In this document: piece by piece, positions 59,102-64,000 of the stretch | Numbering within the stretch: the first letter of the stretch is position 1 | How the letters are laid out: each line of letters opens with the position of its first letter | Assembly: GCA_965195285.1 (NCBI GenBank) | Contig: CBDAFS010000040.1 | Coordinates: forward strand, 1 to 64,000 | Length of the DNA stretch: 64,000 nt | Direction: 5' to 3' | DNA from: an uncultured Aminicenantes bacterium | Lineage (GTDB): Bacteria > Acidobacteriota > Aminicenantia > UBA2199 | The notes under the pieces: generated by a model | Database searches by the model: none | Told to the model about the DNA's origin: nothing | Seen by the model: the letters and a program-made list of their open reading frames with translations, nothing else | Program-made: the position numbers and the translations under genes

Positions 59102-59141
59102 ATAATAGTATTATTAAATAGTATTGTCAAGTAATAGTATT
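59102..59141 (-). promoter_or_regulatory. higBA promoter overlapped by three AATAGTATT operator-like motifs
   Basis: TTGACA-17 nt-TATTAT-6 nt-GTG; AATAGTATT at 59104, 59117 and 59133. Confidence 0.7.
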
Positions 59142-59312
59142 TAAAATTTATTTTTAGAATTAAACATAACTATTACTCTACCCACGTAATATTTTTTTTA
59201 TTATAAAGCTATTTTTTGGGGAAATCAATTAAAACATGATTTGTCTTTTCCCGTATTTCTTTGTATAATAAATACTTCTGTAAATCTTTAACAATTAGGA
59301 GGAATTCCGAAC

Positions 59313-60383
59313 ATGTCAACCAAACATAATTTTTATGCCGGCCCCGCCATACTGCCCCATGATGTTTTGAAAAAGGCACAGGAAGAATTGCTGGATTTCA
59401 ATGGGAGCGGATTATCCATCATGGAAATCAGTCATCGATCCAAAGATTTCGACCAGGTGGTGACCACAGCCGAGTCCAAAATCAGGAATCTTTTAGGTGT
59501 TCCGGAAAACTATTCGGTTCTGTTCTTACAGGGAGGAGCCAGCCTTCAATTCGGGATGATCCCCATGAATCTGCTGAAAGGTGGAATTGCCGATTATATC
59601 AATACCGGATCCTGGGCCAAGAAAGCCATCAAAGAGGCCAAACTTTTCGGTACGGTCAACATTGCTGCCAGTTCAGAAGATAAAAACTTTTCTTATATAC
59701 CCAAAAACATTCACTTTTCACCCGATGCGGTTTACGCCCATATCACCTCCAATGAAACCATCGGGGGCATTCAATGGAAAACATTTCCGGATACAGGTAA
59801 TACACCGTTATTTGTGGATATGTCTTCGGATATTTTCAGCCGGAAACTGACCGTATCCGATTTCGGGATCATCTATGCGGGAGCTCAAAAGAACATAGGA
59901 CCTGCCGGCGTTACACTGGTCATTATTCGAAATGATCTGGTTGATTCCGGCGCGGATAACCTGACCTCAATGTTAAGTTTCAAGACCCACGTGGACAAAC
60001 AATCCCTCTACAACACCCCCCCCTGTTTCGGCATTTACATCATCAAGCTGGTGATGGATTGGATCGAACAACAGGGTGGCATTCAGGCCATAGAGTCCAC
60101 CAATGAAAAAAAAGCAGGATTGTTGTACGAAAGCATAGATAATAGCAATTTATATCAGGGAACAGCAGAAGTTCAGGATCGATCTACCATGAATGTCACC
60201 TTCCGGTTGACCTCGGAGGATCTGGAAAGCCGGTTTATTAAAGAGGCAACCGAAGCCGGATTTATGGGACTCAAAGGCCACCGCAGTGTGGGCGGCTGCC
60301 GGGCCTCAATTTACAATGCCATGCCCCTCGAAGGAGTTGAAAAACTGGTAGAGTTTATGGCCCGGTTTGAGAAAAAACTCTAA
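59313..60383 (+). CDS. serC: Phosphoserine aminotransferase
   Basis: NFYAGPA, EISHRS, LQGGAS, DMSS, AGAQKN, GHRSVGG, RASIYNA. Confidence 0.96.
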   Translation: MSTKHNFYAGPAILPHDVLKKAQEELLDFNGSGLSIMEISHRSKDFDQVVTTAESKIRNLLGVPENYSVLFLQGGASLQFGMIPMNLLKGGIADYINTGSWAKKAIKEAKLFGTVNIAASSEDKNFSYIPKNIHFSPDAVYAHITSNETIGGIQWKTFPDTGNTPLFVDMSSDIFSRKLTVSDFGIIYAGAQKNIGPAGVTLVIIRNDLVDSGADNLTSMLSFKTHVDKQSLYNTPPCFGIYIIKLVMDWIEQQGGIQAIESTNEKKAGLLYESIDNSNLYQGTAEVQDRSTMNVTFRLTSEDLESRFIKEATEAGFMGLKGHRSVGGCRASIYNAMPLEGVEKLVEFMARFEKKL

Positions 60384-61885
60384 CTATCAGCAGGAATAAT
60401 TTTTTCAAACATTCTTTTTTCTTGTTTTATTGAGTACATATCCACACCTTTTTGCAGATATGAAATCAGAAGATCCACCACTTTGCTATAGGATGAATGC
60501 CCGGGATCTTGGTGATCAAAGCGATAGGCACTGGCCATATAGTTGTTCATCCCGACCGTATAGGTTTTGTCTTCATCCAGTTCATTATTGCCGGTGGTTT
60601 TTAACTCCACCGCCAGCAGCTTTTTTTTCCTGCTGACAATCACCGTGTATTCAAGCCCGGAAACCTGCAAATCCAGGGGCTTAATATGTTCATAATCAAA
60701 ACGGATCAAGGACCTGATTTCTTCCAATGTCATTTCAAACAGCACGACCTCATTGTCAAAAGGATCAATCGCATAGACATCCTTCATCCTGACGGTTTTG
60801 AACAACCGATTCAACCGGATTCCGCCGGAATTATAGAAAACCACATCCAGATTAAGCGTGTGCCGGATAGCGTCGGTGATCAGATTGCCCATTTCCTTCT
60901 TTCCCTGCAACGGTTCCGGAAGCCTGGCAATAATCCGATTCAATTCAGGGTTATCCATAAATTCTTCAATCATTTGTTTAACTTCGGGTGCTTCGGATTC
61001 AATCTGTTTCAAATCGATCAATTCAGCCATTTTTCCGGTCAATTGGCCGTTAACAAAAAGCAATTCGATTCGACCCAGATACTTATTCCTTGATCCGGCC
61101 TGGACAATGAGGACTCCGTTGATTTCACCCGGTTCTTCAATAACCGAATGGGAATGTCCCCCGATAATCAGATCAAGTTCGCCCAAATTCCGGGCCAATT
61201 TCTCATCTTTATAGTAACCCAGATGGGTCAGGGCCACAAACATATCATTATCCTGCCCTATATATCTGTATTTCAGAGCCGTCTCTATTTCATCAGTGAA
61301 AACAATGCCCTCAAAGTGTTTTGGATTGCTGTCCGGAATTTTGGTAGTCCTGGAAATCTGGAGCAATCCCAAAAATGCAATACTCAAGCCTTCGGCCGTT
61401 TTCAGGACCGCAAAGGGTTCTGGCTGGGGGATAATGCCATTTTTAACCTGTATATTGGCACAAATAATTTTAAATTCGGCCCGGGACATGTAATCTGCCA
61501 GAACCTGCTGCCCGTAATCAAATTCATGATTACCCAGTACCTGGAGATCACATCCGACTTTGTTCAGCAGTTTCAGTATGGGTTCTCCTTTGGGAATATA
61601 CCGGTCCACATAGGGATTACCGCTGAAATTATCACCGGCGCTGACAAAAAACACATTGGGACATTTTTCCCTCTCCTGATTGATCACACTGGCAATTTTG
61701 GCAAAATTGGCGATTTCACCATGAACATCATTCACATGAAAAATAACCACCCGAACTTCGTTTTTACCGGTCCGGAATAATGGAAATCCGTCCCGGGAAA
61801 AAATCCCGTAAAACAACACCGTCAATACGATCCCGATGGAACCATAAACACCGATTTTTACGTATTTTTTTCGCGTATTTCTCAT
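60380..61885 (-). CDS. Bifunctional metallophosphatase/5'-nucleotidase
   Basis: NDVHG, AGDNF, GNHEFD, LTHLG, GGHSH, NSGGIR, DPF. Confidence 0.9.
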   Translation of the reverse strand: MRNTRKKYVKIGVYGSIGIVLTVLFYGIFSRDGFPLFRTGKNEVRVVIFHVNDVHGEIANFAKIASVINQEREKCPNVFFVSAGDNFSGNPYVDRYIPKGEPILKLLNKVGCDLQVLGNHEFDYGQQVLADYMSRAEFKIICANIQVKNGIIPQPEPFAVLKTAEGLSIAFLGLLQISRTTKIPDSNPKHFEGIVFTDEIETALKYRYIGQDNDMFVALTHLGYYKDEKLARNLGELDLIIGGHSHSVIEEPGEINGVLIVQAGSRNKYLGRIELLFVNGQLTGKMAELIDLKQIESEAPEVKQMIEEFMDNPELNRIIARLPEPLQGKKEMGNLITDAIRHTLNLDVVFYNSGGIRLNRLFKTVRMKDVYAIDPFDNEVVLFEMTLEEIRSLIRFDYEHIKPLDLQVSGLEYTVIVSRKKKLLAVELKTTGNNELDEDKTYTVGMNNYMASAYRFDHQDPGHSSYSKVVDLLISYLQKGVDMYSIKQEKRMFEKIIPADS

Positions 61886-61971
61886 TTGATAAAACCCCGG
61901 GTTTCACCCTGCAATCGCCGGAGAACCGCCCTGGCGATCTGGTTCAAATAATATATGTTGGTGCTCATTGA

Positions 61972-62949
61972 CTAGGCCTCACATAATATTTCTTTAAGCC
62001 GGGATATACTTATTTTTCGACCGCTTAAAATCAAAACAACATTCTTTTTTTCAAACCTGGCCGGGTCCTTTAAAAAGACCGCAACCGTCAGCGCACCGGC
62101 CCCTTCAACCAGCATATGGTGCCTTTCCAGAATGAGCCGGAGGGCCTCTTTTATTTCATTTTCTGAAACCAGAACCATATCGTCGATCAATCGCTGACAG
62201 AGATTAAAGGTAATGGCACCGGGTTCGATTCCCCCGGCCGTACCATCGGAAATGGTCGGTTTCGAATCCATGCTGATGATTTTTCCTGCCTTGATTGATT
62301 CAAACATGACCGCTGAGTTTTCAGGCTGGCAACCGATGGTCTCAATATGCTTATCGATCGATTTCAGATAACCGGCTATCCCTGAAATCAATCCGCCGCC
62401 GCCCACCGGCACCAGAACCGTATCAATTTTCCTGCCCGGGTATAGGACATCCATCTGGTACTTGATCTCGACCCCTACGGTTCCCTGACCGTCAATGATA
62501 TGGAGATCATTATAAGGGGATATGAAAACTTCACCTCGCTTGGCTGCGCTATCTCTGGCAAAACACTCTGCCTGCACACAATCGTTGCCGTAAAATTCAA
62601 CCTCGGTTCCCCAGTAACACAATGCGTCCACTTTGGCCGGGGAGGCATTCTCAGGAAGGATGATTCGGCCCCGGGCGCCAAAAATTTTGGTTAAATAGGC
62701 AAAGGCATTCCCATGATTTCCCGAGGATGCGGTGACCAGGCCGCGCCTCAATTCAGAGGCCTTCAATGAGAGCAATTTGTTTGCAGCTCCCCGCAGCTTG
62801 AAAGATCCGGTTGTTTGAAAATTTTCACATTTGAGACAAACGTTGCAATGGCCTAATTCTCCCAGATAGGGCGAGGGTTCCAGGGGAGTTTCTCTGACAT
62901 ATCGACTGATTTTTTTTTGGGCGTTCAAAACTGCTTTTTTTTGGTCCAT
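61972..62949 (-). CDS. PLP-dependent threonine/serine dehydratase family protein
   Basis: TGSFKLRGA, ASSGNHG, PVGGGGL; no ACT domain. Confidence 0.88.
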   Translation of the reverse strand: MDQKKAVLNAQKKISRYVRETPLEPSPYLGELGHCNVCLKCENFQTTGSFKLRGAANKLLSLKASELRRGLVTASSGNHGNAFAYLTKIFGARGRIILPENASPAKVDALCYWGTEVEFYGNDCVQAECFARDSAAKRGEVFISPYNDLHIIDGQGTVGVEIKYQMDVLYPGRKIDTVLVPVGGGGLISGIAGYLKSIDKHIETIGCQPENSAVMFESIKAGKIISMDSKPTISDGTAGGIEPGAITFNLCQRLIDDMVLVSENEIKEALRLILERHHMLVEGAGALTVAVFLKDPARFEKKNVVLILSGRKISISRLKEILCEA

Positions 62950-62984
62950 TATTTCAAACCTGTAAATTTTCTAATTCAAAGACC

Positions 62985-64000
62985 TCATTCCGGATCACAA
63001 ATCTCCACAATGGCCGGACGGCTTTCCTCTCCGGTACTTTTGATTGCAACCACCGCATAAACATACTTATTCCCTTTATCCACACCCCGGTGAAAAAATT
63101 CATGATCATTCAGGTCAAGATCATGAAGCCAGGTAAAGCCCTCCTGTCGGAGCAGATAGATACGGTAGCCATAGACTTCTTTTCCCTCATTCAGGGGATT
63201 GATATCCCAGTTTAAAACATTAATATATTCGGTCATCAATAACGATTGATTCTCCTGCATACTTCCATTCAAATGCAACGGGGGATATATATCCCTTTCT
63301 CCGGATAACATGACCATCAGGGGATCTCCCAAAACCGTCATGCCATAATGCCAGAACACATCATAAATATCATAAGGGGCTATTCTTTCAAACCACTCTT
63401 TCAATGCGGTTCCCACCGGATTCCGGGCGCCTAATGATTGATAAAAAAACCGGAATTCCAGCATTGAACCTGTTTTCGTACTTCCTACCACCGAAAGGGC
63501 TTTCCGCCCCTGGTTGAAGATATAACTGGTGCCCAGACAATTGTAATCGGTATAACGCAGGGCACTGCAACAAAAAAGATTATAACTCAAACCCAGCGGG
63601 GGGGCATTTCTGATCTGATTGCTGGTGAGCAGCCCGTTTCGAACAAAATGATGAGCACTCGAACTCGAATGGCAGGCCAGCTGAATATATTCATATTTTA
63701 CATTTTTCAATCGGTTGTCCAGATAATCATTTCGATCCGTAGCCGGGGCAGAAATAGCCTCATAATTATTGGCATAGAGATATGAAATATCATTCAGCAT
63801 ATCACCGTATATACTCCAATCATCTTCCGTATAGGTCAACCCATACTGATGCACATAGATATTTCCGCTCCAATATTCATGGTTCTTATCAAAATAGCGG
63901 TTCAGGATCTCAATTTCATCCCCCTCCATCCGGGACCCGTCAATCCGGCCGATAAAAATCTCCGGCATCCGATCCCCGCCTCCATCCTGGTGAAGATCAA
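62985..64000 (-). CDS. Peptidase C25 (gingipain)-like protein with C-terminal Fn3-like domain, 5' end outside the window
   Basis: Frame open to the window edge; PEIFIGRI, candidate His/Cys dyad (ACHS, LFCCS), VLGDP, then W...GYRIY...YVYAVVA...ES. Confidence 0.6.
   Translation of the reverse strand, partial: DLHQDGGGDRMPEIFIGRIDGSRMEGDEIEILNRYFDKNHEYWSGNIYVHQYGLTYTEDDWSIYGDMLNDISYLYANNYEAISAPATDRNDYLDNRLKNVKYEYIQLACHSSSSAHHFVRNGLLTSNQIRNAPPLGLSYNLFCCSALRYTDYNCLGTSYIFNQGRKALSVVGSTKTGSMLEFRFFYQSLGARNPVGTALKEWFERIAPYDIYDVFWHYGMTVLGDPLMVMLSGERDIYPPLHLNGSMQENQSLLMTEYINVLNWDINPLNEGKEVYGYRIYLLRQEGFTWLHDLDLNDHEFFHRGVDKGNKYVYAVVAIKSTGEESRPAIVEICDPE

Noticed and set aside
61888-61940. Two short GC-rich inverted repeats upstream of the 5'-nucleotidase gene, as a riboswitch
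   Set aside because: The 86-nt gap is short and I recognise no aptamer consensus. An Rfam cmscan would settle it.
1-64000. tRNA, rRNA, integrase or transposase genes
   Set aside because: I saw no cloverleaf/T-loop signatures in intergenic gaps and no recombinase motifs in the ORFs. This was visual inspection only.

Overview
Gene-dense, AT-rich chromosomal window from a diderm (LPS-making) bacterium. lpxB, a fused lptF/G and the gene order suggest Acidobacteriota or Ca. Aminicenantia; that taxonomy is inference only. Most of the window is housekeeping: glnA, nadA, a dnaK paralog with metG, pyrKDF, asnS, mtnP, nusA-infB-rbfA-truB, amiC-degP-dapF, serC and a higBA toxin-antitoxin pair. I found no rRNA, tRNA, CRISPR array or transposase. 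The main candidate for a new system is a ~12.6 kb signalling locus at 25.2-37.8 kb. Its core is an ECF sigma followed by a single-TM protein of ~72 tandem 9/10-aa (hydrophobic)-R-K-A-(hydrophobic) repeats, which has two in-frame SD-led starts. Next come a 19-bp mRNA hairpin, a gluzincin/propeller/beta-barrel outer-membrane protein and a PrsW protease. A GAF-PP2C phosphatase, two STAS proteins, an RsbW-like kinase and a Hanks kinase-TPR protein flank the core. Other oddities are promoter geometry implying many leaderless mRNAs, a DapF with both catalytic Cys replaced by Ser, an M16 pair lacking HXXEH, a GTAG-type REP translated inside a kinase, and a membrane-anchored reductive-dehalogenase-like protein. 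All family calls come from reading motifs by eye; no searches were run.
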